In this document: positions 40,400-53,996 of the stretch, in pieces
Numbering within the stretch: the stretch's first letter is position 1
Layout: every line of letters begins with the position of its first letter
Source of the DNA: Cenococcum geophilum
Taxonomy: Eukaryota
Length of the DNA stretch: 64,000 bases
Assembly: GCA_050273025.1 (NCBI GenBank)
Contig: CP158635.1
Location: 27,094,001 to 27,158,000 of the forward strand
Direction: 5' to 3'
The notes under the pieces: generated by a model
The model's input: the letters and a program-made list of their open reading frames with translations, nothing else
What the model was told of the DNA's origin: nothing
Database searches by the model: none
Translations under genes and position numbers: made by a program

Positions 40400-43300
40400 G
40401 AGATAGGCTAGGTAAAGTAGTCCCTATAACTTATACTATACCACGTCTTCCTTTATAGGTTAGTCTTATTACTATAGATTTACCCTTATACGCGTTTAAC
40501 CTATAGAGTATATAACTATATACTTTACTACCAAGGCCTTACTTATATAATTTTATTAGGGCGCGCCTTATTTCCTTACCTTTACTAATTAACCTAACTC
40601 TACTAACTACCTACCTTTACTCTTACCCTACTAGTATCTACCTTTATAACTAGTGCCTTTATAGATCTATCTAAGCTATAGAGCCTTATAATATAGTAAG
40701 TTAGCTACCTTATCTTTAGCCTTAGCTATATAATAAAGAATCTATATTTACTAATACGTTTATATAACCACTGCTTAATATAGCCTGCTACTAAAATAGA
40801 CTTACCTACTAATTATTTTATAACTTGCGATATTAATTATATTTATAACTATAAAAAGTTTGCTAAGGGCGTTATGGTTTTTAAGATTGCCTTAACTATA
40901 GTAACTATAGGCTCCGGTGTCTTATAAGGTAATAGCAAAGGCCCTACGCTTAATAAGCCTCTTCTTCTAGAGCTTGGCAGTCTATACCTCTTGGCCAATA
41001 ACGCTCTAAAATACTATCTTTATTTATTTACCGGCTATATACGCGCCAATTATCCTTTTAAGAAAGCCTTTTAACTTTATTACGGCTGCGGTAAGGCTAG
41101 TTATCTTAAAGCTAACTACCTTAACCCTATATATAATAATTATAGGGAAGCTAGTTATCTTAAGAGTAACTATTTTAGTATAATATATAACTAATATAGT
41201 GCTATAGGCTATAGAAAGCGAGACTGTCTTTAGCTATTGGGTAAGAAGAAGCGGACTTACCTAAACTATAGCTCCCTAAACTATTAAACTATCTTTTATA
41301 GTTAGGTATATAAGAACTGCGAAGTTATAGGGTATAATATTAATAATTATATAAGTGGACCTACTTTAATTTAGGCGATAGACGCCATAACTGCTTTGGG
41401 CAAGGTAGATGCACTAAGTACTACCGCTTTAAGTATAGCTACCACCTCTTTATTGCCTAAACCTCTTAATATAGCCGGCTTCTATCTGGTAGTGGATAGC
41501 CTAGTAGATAATCTAGACACCTATATAGAGGATAGTAATTCCGTAATAGCTAAACCTTTAAATATACTCCAGCTTCTAAATAATAACTACTTTATAGTTT
41601 AGTTTGTTATGCAAATTATTAAAGAGTATATTATAGCATATAGCATTACGTTCTAGGTATTTTATAAAACTAGTAGAATGCCTACTTATTGTTTATATAA
41701 GACGGCGTCTATCCAATTTATAGATGCCAACATCGCTAGCGACGTTAAGGTTAATACTGCTAATGCTACTTCTCTAGTTACTTAACAACTGTTATATCTA
41801 ACTACGCTTAAGTATCTTACTCGCATTCTCCCGCAAAATGCCACGACCCTATAACTTTACTATATTAGGTTTATTATCGCCTCTAATAAACTCGCACTAG
41901 GTACGCGTACGTTATTTAGTAAGTACTTCATTATTAATAGGGACTTTGGCCTATTTACGCCATAAATCCATAAAGCTTGAGATATGCTATTAAATAGTCC
42001 TACGGTTATTGTCTACTTCTTTACACTAGGTACTAAATAGCGTAATAGTTATATTGCGAGCTTAAACACAAGCCTATAACAGTAGAGCGTTAATAATCCT
42101 TTAGGTTGCTAGTGGAAGAACTATAATATAAATATCTAGCTTGGTATATAGCTCTTAGTAAAGGACTAACTATTATATAAAATCCCCGCGAGGTATTAGT
42201 TTAATAGCGTTCTTAAGTATTTTATGGTCTAGTTCTATGCCGCAGTTGTAAGCCTTAAGGCCGTTAATTAGAACCCCTAGGTACCTACTATTATTCGTCT
42301 TATTACCTTCCTAGGTAGCGCGGACTAAGTCTACTACGCTACTATCTAGATGGTTAATAGTCTTGCCCTTTATACCGACTCTATTATTAATATCTTATTT
42401 CTAGGTAAAGACGCAGATAGCCAGGCTAGCTGGAAAGGAGTTATTATTAATACTACTCCCTTTAACTCCGGCTATAACTACTATACTTTTATCTTTTAAC
42501 TATAAGTAGGTTATAAGTTTATACTAAACCCTATATTCGCTTTGGAGCATATCCTAAGTAGCAATAACTTTATAATAGTTAGTAACCTAAGTAAGGCCCT
42601 AATTATAGTATAGGGTATTAAATATCTTGTAACTAAGCGTGTTCCTAACCTAAGGTTAGAATCTCCTAAGAGATTAATACTCTATACTACCTATAGTAAG
42701 GAGGCGATAGTTTCTATATTAAGCGCTAAATTACACTATCTAACAACTTTATAGATCTCCCGCGTATTAATTACTTTAACTATAATATTACTAAGTATAG
42801 GAAGAACTCGGTTAATAATACCCTTAAAGCTGTCTTACCGCTACTTAATAAAGAGTAAATAGGTGCCTATACTGCGCTTAAATATATAATAGGCGGTATT
42901 TTGCTAATATAAGGCCCCGGTGGTGTTAGGAAATTAACCTTTCTAACTATCTTAGTATAATACTAGTATTAACTTAGGTCGCCCTAGTAGGATCCTACTA
43001 GAATCTAGGTCCTGTCGCCGTTTAATTACTAACTAGATATACTGGCTAAGATAATTAATAATGCGCTTATAGAGGACTATAAGGCACTAATTATATAAGG
43101 CCGTCCCGCTAAATTTCCTATCGTCCTTTGCCGCTATATATACTTAATGGAAACTAAGGTCTATAAGCGGGATACTATTATATAGCGAACAGCGGCAGGT
43201 ATTAATACTTATCCTAAGTATTTTAAGGAATAGGATGACTATGCTATAATTAACAAGGACGCGTTTATGCTAAATATAGCATTCCTGCTCTACTGTACGT

Positions 43301-44858
43301 TTAAGGCTAGTAATACTACTAGCTTTAATAAGCGGTTATAGGTTATAAATTTGTCTAAAGGTTAGTGGTTATTACGCCTTATAGGTGTCCCGGATAGCGA
43401 TAGAAACCTATATTTTATCGCAGACCCTAATATAACTAAATACGCCAAATTCCGCTAATACTTGCACTAATTTATGCTTAGTAATAATATAACGTAAGAT
43501 AATAAGATAGGATTAATACTTACGGCTAATGTAGTTATTACAGACCTGGCTAAGAAGGCTAATATTATTTTTATAATACCTAATATGGTCTCGCAGACTT
43601 ATATACATTCCATCAGCGTTATACGCGTAGTTTTCTATGACAAGGCTAAGAAGGCGTCTAAGCTAAATAGTCTTACTAGGTTTGCCTAGAGCAGACTATA
43701 TTTAATCTAAGGAGGTCTATAGATTTAGGCTAACGACCCTATGCCTTAGGTTTTCCTCAGTGATATATACTAACCAAAACCAATCCTTAGTCCCGATTTC
43801 GATAATCTATTCTACTATTAGAAATCTATCTCTTTCTATATATGTCTCCTTATGGCTAATATGGATACGGTATAGTTTTTACTGTAATATTAATTTATTA
43901 AAGATATTATATATCTTATAAATATCGTCCTATTATATAGCTAGCTTTAGATAAGCCTAATAGTTAAAGACTAAGAGTAGTTAAAGCTAGCGGCGAGCTT
44001 TTTTAAGGATGTGCTGCGCTGCGACTACCCTATTGCCTTCCTCGCCGTTAATGGTATTATATAGGTAAATAAGCTTAGCCAATTAACGTATAACCTGGTC
44101 TATACTTAACGCGCATTTTAGATGGCTATAGCGCTAATAGACTTTAGATTTAAGCTATTAGAGGTTAGCCTTACCGTTCTATATATAGCCTAACTTATTA
44201 TCTACTCCGCAGCGCTGCATACGCTTAAAGAATAGTGCTATACCTAGTAAGATAGCAGCAAGTGGCGGGAATTTGCGCCAGTAGTTAGCGAGATTAAGGT
44301 TTTTACCGTTAACGGCATCTAAGGCGGCTAGGTGGAGTTATTAGTATATAATATAATAGTTGCTAGTCCGCTAAAATTTATCTAAGATATAGTAAGGAAC
44401 CTTTTTATAATTACTAGACCACAAGCGGGCCTTATTATTATTAGTAGTCCCTAGGTAGTCTATAATTATTATACTAGTAATATGACCTTTATAAACACCG
44501 TGTATTATAAAATTAAGAAGTAGTATAAGGATAATAAGGTATTTATTAACCTTAAGAATCCTAAGCAGAAAGAGTACTTCTAGTAACTTATTGCCCTGTT
44601 TAACGTTAACGAAACTATATAATATGTTTACCGCTAGCGTATAGCCGATTATATACCCATTTTATATAGTATAGACGTTAACTTTAATATTGCTATCCTT
44701 AACTTCGCGGGTGTAGTAAATATTAGTAGCACTAGTAATTATACTAAAGCGTAGAATAAGGCTGATGGAGAGGGCGCTAATAATAATAGCTAGGGTGGTG
44801 CTAGTAATAATAATAAGGATAACGATAATAGAGAGGATATTAGTGGCGTTGGAATATA
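40400..44858 (+). pseudogene. CCHC zinc-knuckle plus Upf1/DNA2/NAM7-like SF1 helicase pseudogene
   Basis: De-RIPed: three tandem CX2CX4HX4C knuckles (~41079-41230) and a fourth (~41309-41350); LNEEQ (~42844); Walker A QGPGGVGKST (~42909-42940); SPSN (~43015); DEA (~43638); GD.HQ (~43758); QYR (~43885); PY.AQ (~44178); TVDGIQG (~44305); R....TR.QAGLIIIG (~44395-44445). Start position approximate. Confidence 0.85.
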
Positions 44859-45174
44859 AAGAGGGTAGTAAGAATGGATATTATAAACTTTATTAGCAGC
44901 GAGACCCTTAAATAGGGACACTAAATAGAAGTTAAGAGCGGTAGTAGCTATAGGCCTTTAATATTTGCAATTTTGCTATAGCACTGGGTAAAATATAGTA
45001 TATTGTGACATTATATATTATAGCTAAATAAGATAGACTCTTAATAATTATAATCTCTAAAATAGATAAGCGTATTATGGTGAAGATAGCCTAATTTATA
45101 AAGCCTAGTAATTCTAGTTTCTATCCCTTTTAGGCTAGCGGTTAATTAATACTAATCCGTAATCTAGATTTTAA

Positions 45175-45567
45175 GGGGTTGTTTAGTTATAATTTATTAC
45201 TTTTAAATCTAAACTAAAAGTCTAGTAGAAAGAATGCGTTCCTTCCCGATTTAATACGCGTTTATAGCTCTACGGGTTATATAGACGTATATAATCTAAA
45301 GCCTTTAGATTTAATTTAGAGTTTAAATAAGGAGCTTTAAGCTCCTGATTTAAACTAACGCTAAGACCTTAGTTTAGATTCTATATATAGTAAGTTGCTA
45401 ACTTTTTAGTAACTTTTAGCGTGTTTTTTAGAATATTAAAAATTTATAGCTAAAGTTAAGTTAAACTAGAATTTAACCAAATAGTCGCCTTAGAATTAGA
45501 TTAGAGCTTTAGATTAACTCTATTTTAAAGCCCTTATTCTAATCTAAACTTATAACTAAATGTTCCC
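45175..45567. mobile_element. Candidate PIF/Harbinger (Tourist-like) MITE
   Basis: TAA flanks at 45172-45174 and 45568-45570. Termini GGGGTTGTTTAGTTATAA vs RC GGGAACATTTAGTTATAA. Internal long palindrome at ~45320-45357. No coding capacity. Confidence 0.5.
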
Positions 45568-45699
45568 TAAGTACTTAACTAGTTAGATTATAGTCTAGAT
45601 ATCTCGCCAATAACTATAACTATTATTAATTACTCTCTATATAGTATAGGCCGCCTCTATTTTTGCTAAACTATAATAACCTTAAATAGGATTTAATCC

Positions 45700-46980
45700 T
45701 TTTCTTACTATAGCTGCCGCTAAGGCAACGTGACCTAACGCCCTCTCCTACTTATATTAGGTATGCTATTCCTAGTATTAATACGCCGTTACTATATTTT
45801 AAGAAACTTATCGCTAATACTATAGGCCCTTAGAATAATACCTGTCCTACTATACTAGCTACTAGCTAGTAAAATACAGGACAAATATAATATCTATATA
45901 GTTGCCCCTAATAAAAGAGCCTATAGTAAAGGTAATTTGCTATACTACGTCTGGATAACCTAAGATTGTATATATAGGTAATAATCTTAGAGCTTCCTAG
46001 TATAATAGGAGGTCTTGCTATAAGGTAAACTTAACTAAAGTTACTATCTTTACGTAGATTAAATTAACTATAATTAATTAATACCTTCTAGCCCGCCTAA
46101 TAAAACGTATTACGCTAAAAATAGGGCTAGATAAACGTTAGTAATATATTATAATTATAACGGACACCTATATACTATTTTTATAGATAGCCGTAAATAT
46201 AACCTAGCCTACCCTATAATAAACTGCCCTTAACAGAGCAGCCCTTAAGGCCCTATTGTTTTGGATAGGCATAGTCTTTATATAGGCGGCCTATATCCAC
46301 TCCTTATTATAATCCACCCCGGCCTCTAAAAATATCTTAACTAGTAGCTAATATTTAACTATGCGTAGGTCTTAAGGCGTATTAGACAGCGACACTAAAC
46401 TTAAGGCTATATCTATACTTAGGACTAAGTTCGTACTATCTAGTTTCCACCTATAAAGTAGTATAATAAATCGTTTAAGATTATAGCCGCAGTTTTGTAT
46501 ATAGTTAAGCTAAAATAAACTTTATAAGTTTGCGGTAGCTGTATACCCCCTTTCCGCATCTACTATATAGTTAATGCTAGGCCGCCCTAGCACCTTTATC
46601 TTCTTACGTATATTTAACTATACGTAGGCTAGTATGTTCTATATAGCCTTATATACCCATAGCGCTGGTGCCTTTTTACATTCTACTACCTAACGGATAA
46701 CTTTCTGGATTACCTGCTTGCGTAGTAAATTATTTAGTTATCCGCGAAATAAAATATATAGGATACCGTCCTTAATAATAACCTGCTTAAAAGTCCGCTT
46801 AATAGTATTAAGTCTCTCCGTAGTAATGCCTATGCTAGTAGTAAGCTATATATCTTTTCGCGGGTCTATGGCGCTTGCAGAGTTATACTATGCTATATTT
46901 ACGGTATACCGCTATTATATATTGCGTCCTATTGTAAAAAACAGTCTAGTATCCTAAGTAGGGAATAGTAGTGTTTAGAA
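45700..46980 (-). pseudogene. Unknown protein pseudogene divergent from the transposase
   Basis: One continuous minus frame of ~270 codons (..YNSASAIDPRKD..KQVIQKVIR..) whose stops are all TAA/TAG. Intron-like GT..ctaac..tag at ~46128-46168. No family recognised. Confidence 0.5.
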
Positions 46981-47099
46981 TTCTGTGCTTAGTATAATAG
47001 AGAGGCGGCATAACGTTAGTAATAAGTAGAGTCTCCTAGCCTAACGTAACGCGATTTAGTGTAAATTAGCGTAAAACGTAACGGGTTATGCTATTTAGC

Positions 47100-50000
47100 G
47101 CTTTAGTGTCCACGGATATTGCCGTGCTCTTACTATACTCCTCCTATCTTAACTGGCTTATAATATAGCATAAGCTATAAACACTATTTTAAATATACGG
47201 TTCTATACAGATATTATTTTCGGCCCCCTTCTAACTAAACTGTAGTAAATTGTAGCTTAATGCGGCAATTTATAAATAAGCTCTATTTAGCGGCAATATA
47301 GAAAGTGTAGGACTAAAGTAAAAAGTATAGGCGGTCTAACCTATTATAAATAATATTGTCTAAGATAATAAAAATAGAAGAAGGGTAGACACGAGGGCGT
47401 TAATATTAAAGAGATAAACAATAATATACCCTTACGCTATTAAAGCTTAGAGGAGTATTAGACAGCCTATTATAGGGCTAAGCTAAAGTAATATAATAAG
47501 TGGCCACTTATATAATATATAGACGACGATGCACTATTATACTATTAAACCTTGGAAGGGTATTATATAACTAATTATAAGGCCAAATTAGAGTAAAGTA
47601 ATAAATAGCCACCTATATAAGCTCTAGGCGATAATATTATTAATAAGCTAAATAATAGGGCTGCGGATATGCACTATAATAATAATTCCGTAATATTTAA
47701 TAGGGTATACAACCTAGCAATAGTTAAGACTAATTAGTAAACTTTAACTAAAATATTTATAGACGTCTTTTGGACTAAAATATTTAAAGAGGCTACTAGC
47801 CGTGTTATGGAAAAGCCTTTAGGACAGAACTAAGAAAATCTATAAACTGCGGATAATACTGCGGTAGTATACAACATTATACTATATATTAAGCGTACTG
47901 GTAGTACACTAAATAAGATACCTTCCCTATTTTATCTATTTGGTAATAAGGCAGAATACGTATAGGTCTTATAGTAGGTAAGCCATAGGACTTTTAACCG
48001 CGCTATTAACGAGTGGTTTAATGATATTAGGCTTTAGGGAGTGTTTACTAACTATTTTTCTTACTAGAGTGCTAATAATATTAAAGTAAAACTACTTTCG
48101 AAATAGATATAATTTAAGAGTAATTAACCATAGTAGATTAAAATAATTATAACCGTAGGGGACTAGTAGCTGCTAGTACGTTACCAAAATGCTCTAAAGA
48201 TTATATCCTTCCTTATTAGTTACGGCCCTTTTTAAGGAGATATAACTTTCTCACTAGTAAGGTAGTACTTATTAGTAGGAATAAGAATATATAATAAGCT
48301 TAATATAGTAGACTAGTAGTAGGAGACGTAAGAGCAGCTACTACTTGGCGTAACTATAGTGCTAATTATATTAGCTAGCGATAAAACCTAACTAATATAA
48401 CACACCGGCGGTAAGAAAGCATGGCCGCTCTATATTTTAATTAGAAATATTAAACTGCGCGTTTAACGATCCGTAAATCGACTAGCCCTATTACTACTTA
48501 TATACCTCCTAGTCTATATACCTAGCAACTAAATAATATAACTAGCGGTACAATATAAAACCCTTACGGCTATCCTTAAACATATGCTTTAGTAACAACC
48601 CTACTACTAATATAGTTATGCTAATAATGCCTATAGTATTAGAGAAAGCTAGTAAAGAAGGAGTATATCTCCTATGCGCGGATAGCTAGGATTAACACTG
48701 CTTTCTACTTCTAGCTATATTTATAGCTAATTATAAAGAATAGGTCACGCTTATAGGTATTAAAAGTGGCCGTAAATATTTAACTTGTTATATATATACG
48801 AATAAACAGCATAATCTAACAACTGCCATCTAGCGACTATAGCCGTTCCGTATATACTAATTGACAAAAAACCAAATATAAATGTAGTAGGAAGGTTGTA
48901 ATACTAATAAGAAGGATAACTTAGATTATATTTAGCCGTTTCGCAACTTTATATAGGGCTATAATCTATTTAATATCCACAAGATAATAGCGCCTAATTT
49001 CCTACACTAGGTGCTTAAAGGCCTCACTAGTAAATATTTTATGCACTAGATTAAGGGGCTTATATAAAGCAAAATATAGGCCGGAAAATATTGGGGCCTT
49101 AATATCCTATGCACAGATGGTTATGGCCAGGAGATATTAAATGTTAATGTACTTATTACCACCCGCTTTATATAGGTGGAACAATTTACTAATATAATAG
49201 TGTGGGATAGCTGGGTAAATGTTGGCTAATAGACAGGAAAGATGTATAAATCTCTATTATAATAATTGGTCCCCGCTATAGCACCCTTACTAAAATAGAA
49301 TAAAGGCGCCATGTTATTTATTTAGGCGTTTATGGACTTTACTATACTATTTTAATATATATTACACGACGAATTAACCATCCGGTACCTAGTAGTAGCT
49401 ATTTATAGAATAGATAAGATAAAGAATATATTCCTTCCGTTTTAACTAAGCAAGGTAGGACTACCACACTTTAATATTCCTAAGTTATATACTATTACCT
49501 ACTATCTAGAGAGTATCTAGCGACTAGAAGTAATTAGAGGCATAGATATAGAGTATTTGGAGTAAGTATATAAGCTATAGAAGGCATTCTACCATAGGAC
49601 TAATAAATGGAACAACTATAAAGAGTAGATGCTACGATATAACACTATATATCTTAACACTATACTTTAAAACGAACTTAAGCTATAGGCGTTAACTAAT
49701 ATAATTAATATAGTAGACCTAATAAGCGTAATACAGATAATATAACTAGGCCCTATAGTTAATATATGCGTACATCGCTCGTATATATAGAACTTCGACA
49801 ACTATATAACTTAGACACTTTAAGACTAGAGAATCAATATATCTATCTAGCGTATAGTTAAGGAGGTATAGCGCCGGATGGAGATTACCGACCTTATATC
49901 TAAACTAGCCCCCTTTATAAGGGAATACCGTAAGTAGATTAATGGAATCTAGTAAATAGACTAGGACGTTAACTAACTAGAGGCCGATAATAATTAGGTA

Positions 50001-50850
50001 TTAAAGATACCCTTAAGTATCTATTACAGCGTTGTATACTATATTTACTTTAGGAAGGATGCTACTAACACTAATAAGCTTAATAAGGTGTTTGCTTAAT
50101 ATACCCCGTTATAAGCTAACACTAAAGCCCCCCGCTATAATGCTGTAATAGTATAAGAATATAAGCGGGCAAATAATAGCCTCCATAGTAATAAAGTAGG
50201 GAGGCTTTATCTGCTATTTACAATCCAGAATACTAAGTAATTAGATAGTGAGGGTAAATACCTAAAATACGCTAGTGCGTTAGTAGAGACCCTCTAAGTT
50301 TGTAATAGTGTGGTGGTGTAGATTGGACGACGCCTAGTATCTTGGCATTTTCCTGTATTTATACAGCCTTCGGCTTCCTTCCTTCTTTCCTCATACATAC
50401 ATATTACGACTCTACCAGTTACCAGAAATACACTCTTTTCTTTCTTTCTTACTAACTGATTATAACTAACTGACCGACCGACTGACCGACTGACCGACCG
50501 ACAGACAGACTGACTGACGGCACTGTGACTTTCCTATCTTAGAGAGGTCGTACCCTCCCATAATAGTGGTAAGATTAATATAAGAACTAAAATGCTTAGA
50601 GTATAAAGTATAAAGCCATTTAATAGCAGGACAAAACGTACGCTGGATACCCTTTAGATATATAATATTAACTATATCGCGAGGCCTATCTCACTCGTGC
50701 TAATGGATATTAACATTATAGACAATTTCTTTATAAACAACTATAGCGATTGGGATATATATAATACCATATATAATAAAGATTTTAAGCAAATAAATAG
50801 GGTATAGATTAATGTATATATAAGGAAGTAGGCTTATACTAAGCGGTAAA
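47100..50850 (+). pseudogene. Plavaka transposase pseudogene
   Basis: De-RIPed hallmark motifs: RIYNELNTADWWWETQ (~48285-48332), PIILASDKTQLT.HTGGKKAWPLYI.IGNI (~48362-48452), CADG..RHCFP.LA.F.ADYEEQ (~48673-48745), PDFLHQ.LKG (~48993), WTG (~49230), HFNIPKLH...HY..SI (~49466), FVNNYSDWD.YNTIYD (~50730). Probable intron at ~48581-48635. Confidence 0.88.
50311..50560. mobile_element. 250-bp TG..CA insertion (solo-LTR-like) in the Plavaka transposase
   Basis: Flanked by taatagtg at 50303-50310 and 50561-50568. Lightly RIPed. Contains a (GACC/GACT)n microsatellite and a minus-strand tgtataaata. Confidence 0.75.
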
Positions 50851-50999
50851 TAAATATAACTTAGCTGAAATAGCGGTAAGTTATAACTAGCGGCGCCGGA
50901 TTGTAATAAAGGGGTAGATTACCGCGACTATAATAAACTAGAATATAACACTACTATATATTGCCCTCTACGCGCTAGCTACCCTTTATATCCTATATA

Positions 51000-52640
51000 C
51001 TGTACTATTTACCTTAAGAGTAGGCAAATATCGTAAGGAATTAGGCTTCTATACGGTATAGAAAAAATATTACGCAAAGTAGGACCCTATGCTATAGTAA
51101 GGTAATCTAATCGCCCCGTTATAAAGCCTAATAAATAGTTAGGCCGTCCTCCTAACTTATTATTATAAGTTTATTAAAGCTTCTTTTTATACACTTAGTA
51201 AGAAATGCCTAATTTATATTATAAAAGTTAACTAGGTTATTGTTTAAAGTATATTAAGTATAAGACTCTAAACTATTTAGCGTCTTTTAGGGAAGTAAGG
51301 TGCGTGTAAAAGCTAAATAGTTCTACTAAACTAATATACTTATCCTCTATCTATCCCGTAGAAAAGTAAATAAAGACACTATAAGTTAAGTAATAGCTCC
51401 TAAGATAATTTAAATCTTAAAGGGGATGATATTAGGCTCTATACTGTAACTATCTCTATTAAAAGGCAAGGCTGTTATTAATGTGCTATAGTACAACCTA
51501 TTATTGTTAATTTTAATAATATTATCCTAACGGACAGTCCTGTTCTTATTAGATAAAAGCCTATAAACCCTAAGTAACCGCAAGATATCTAAAACCTATA
51601 CTTAAAAGAAACGTATATATTACTTAAATAAATAACCGCTATAGGATGACTTTAGATAATATATAAAGTAGCTACTTAGCCTAGTTAATATAAAGATATA
51701 CGGTATTACTTAGACACGTCTTATTATATAAGTAATAATAGGCTCTATACCCAAAGAGCTCTATCTCTCTCTTTAGCTAGAAATAAATATAAGCGGTTTA
51801 AATATACTAATAAAGCAGATGTAGAAAGAGGTAATTACTATTACAGACTGTTATAAAAACCCAATAAATGGAGTATTAAGTATGCTACCGGGGCTGGCGG
51901 CACGCAAGGTTTGCGGTCCTTAGATTTAGTAGCACTATACTAACCGATTTTCTAGCTATATAACTAGCTTAGTATATTTTAGTGTTATATAATAAATGTA
52001 GTACATAATACCGTTGCTAGGAGCTATAACTGCCTTAAACTAGATACCAAGGCTATAGTAGAGAAAGTAGTAAAACTACTTAAAGATGACTGCTTTACGC
52101 TTAGTGGCCTAATTAGTACTCTACCTTTTACTATACCTAACTAACTAAGGCTAGAATAGAGAGATAAGATTTAGGGCGCTGATTATCGCACGTTATATTA
52201 AGCGTGTGTTCTTTAATACTGGGCTAAGGTTACTCGCCCTTAATAAGAATAGTACTAACCTCTTCTCGCCTATTATAGCTAATACGATATAGCTTATATA
52301 TATAGTGATTTAATATACTCTTAAGGACTATAAAAGCGGAATATAAGTTATTTATAAGTTTAAAGCCAATGCTATAATTATAGGTAAATCTATAGGAAGC
52401 CTCTTACTATACTTACTAAAGCGTATTATAGATAGTTAGGAGCGACTATAGAATACCTAAAAGAGCTATTAACCTAAGTATAACAAAAGGCTATATAGGC
52501 TACTTCTATAATAAGTTAATAAAATACGGAACATAACTAGAGACAAGATGCTATAGACTTAGTAGGTAATTAGCAATCCGTTTAAGGATATTATAGAAGA
52601 TTTAGAGGAACTAGATTCTAAGTATAATAATAGGTTTACT
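51000..52640 (+). pseudogene. DUF6532-like protein pseudogene
   Basis: De-RIPed V..LL.DD.F (~52065), an intron, then RF.APII...I...FF....SL.......LFSP....I.L...AI..ALEDY.SG......F (~52168-52365). This matches my recollection of the fungal DUF6532 pattern. 5' boundary uncertain. Confidence 0.5.
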
Positions 52641-53111
52641 TAATAACCGTATACTATAAGTGTAAACATATAATATTATATTAATCGCATTATAATATTA
52701 TATCGCGATACTCGCTATATACTATAGCACTTTACCGCCGTTTCCTATATTATAATATTACGCTATTTTAATTGTTATATATAGGCTAATAAAGATAATA
52801 TAATAGGACAACGGTAGCTTAGCGCATTTATTATAAAGAATAAACCCTAAAACTATATATAAGGTCTCCTTTTTACAGTATACTAATAAAACGATTTTAA
52901 TACTATATAACTATAATATTAACGCTATTTAAGCGCGCCTTAAATAAATTTAAGGTAATAATAAATAGGAAATAGGAATTAATTACCATATTTTACGGTA
53001 TACTTTTACCGGTAAGTCTAAGGTTATAAATATTATAAATAGTACTATACTAGAGGATATAAAGGCCCGCCTACGGAGTAGAGATAGACTAGTAATACTG
53101 GAATTTACTAA

Positions 53112-53222
53112 TAAAGAGGATAAGAGTAAAGAAGGCAGCGGAATAAATAAGGAAAATAATAGTAACAAAGAGGATAAGAGTAAAGAAGGCAGTGGGATAG
53201 ATAGGGAAAATAATAGTAAAAA
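53112..53222. repeat. ~54-bp direct duplication in a purine-rich, acidic-coding-like tract
   Basis: aaagaggataagagtaaagaaggcag occurs twice. Confidence 0.75.
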
Positions 53223-53404
53223 TAATGGCGAGAATAAAGATAATTAGGGGTTTAATAGTACGGTGCTACTATCGCGGCGGGACTTATATAAATATTAAAC
53301 TTAAAATAGCAGGTTAACTAAAGGGCGTTACTAGGCGTATTAAGGTTATATTATACTACTATTAGGTTAAAATACGTTCTTTATATAGTGTGTGCCAGGT
53401 ATAT

Positions 53405-53570
53405 AGAATAAGTAGAGAATACTAACTATATAAAATAAGTAAAGGGTACTAACTGCGTAAAATAAATAAAGGGTACTAACTATGTAGACTAAGTAAAGTA
53501 TACTAATTACGCGGAATAGGTAAATACTACTAACCGCGTAGACTAAGTAAATACTATTAAGTGCGTAGGA
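53405..53570. repeat. Degenerate ~26-bp tandem repeat (aataagtaaagggtactaactgcgta)
   Basis: About six degenerate copies, most with an actaac core. Confidence 0.7.
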
Positions 53571-53714
53571 AGAGCAACGCTTATCTATTACTTAAAGTAA
53601 GTAAGATATATAGAATACGTAAGGGGGGTATTATATATTAATTGCGTATTAAGTGTAGAGAGAGCTTAATAGAATAAAGGCACTACTTGCCTAGGTGGCT
53701 ATAAATACGTAATT

Positions 53715-53996
53715 AGCTGCACCGCGTTATTAGATACGGCAGTATACTTATACCACGTTACTAGATGCGGTAGAATGCTGCACCGCGTTATTAGATGCGG
53801 CAGAATACTACACTACATTATTGGATGCGGCAGAATGCTGCACCGCGTTATTAGATATAGTAGTATGCTTACACCGCGTTGCTAGATGCGGCAGTATGCT
53901 GCACTACGTTATTAGATACGGCAGTATACTGCATCGCGTTATTAGATGCGGCAGTATGCTGTACCGCGTTGTTAGATACGGCAGTATGCCGTACCT
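53715..53996. repeat. 30-bp tandem repeat x ~9 (gcaccgcgttattagatgcggcagtatgct)
   Basis: Clear 30-bp periodicity. ORF 53821..54003 is its translation. Confidence 0.92.

Noticed and set aside
46718..46957. 79-aa plus-strand ORF
   Set aside because: It is antisense to the longer minus-strand pseudogene frame.
53715..53996. 30-bp periodic array resembling CRISPR, and ORF 53821..54003
   Set aside because: There are no unique spacers or cas genes, and the context is eukaryotic; it is a simple tandem repeat.
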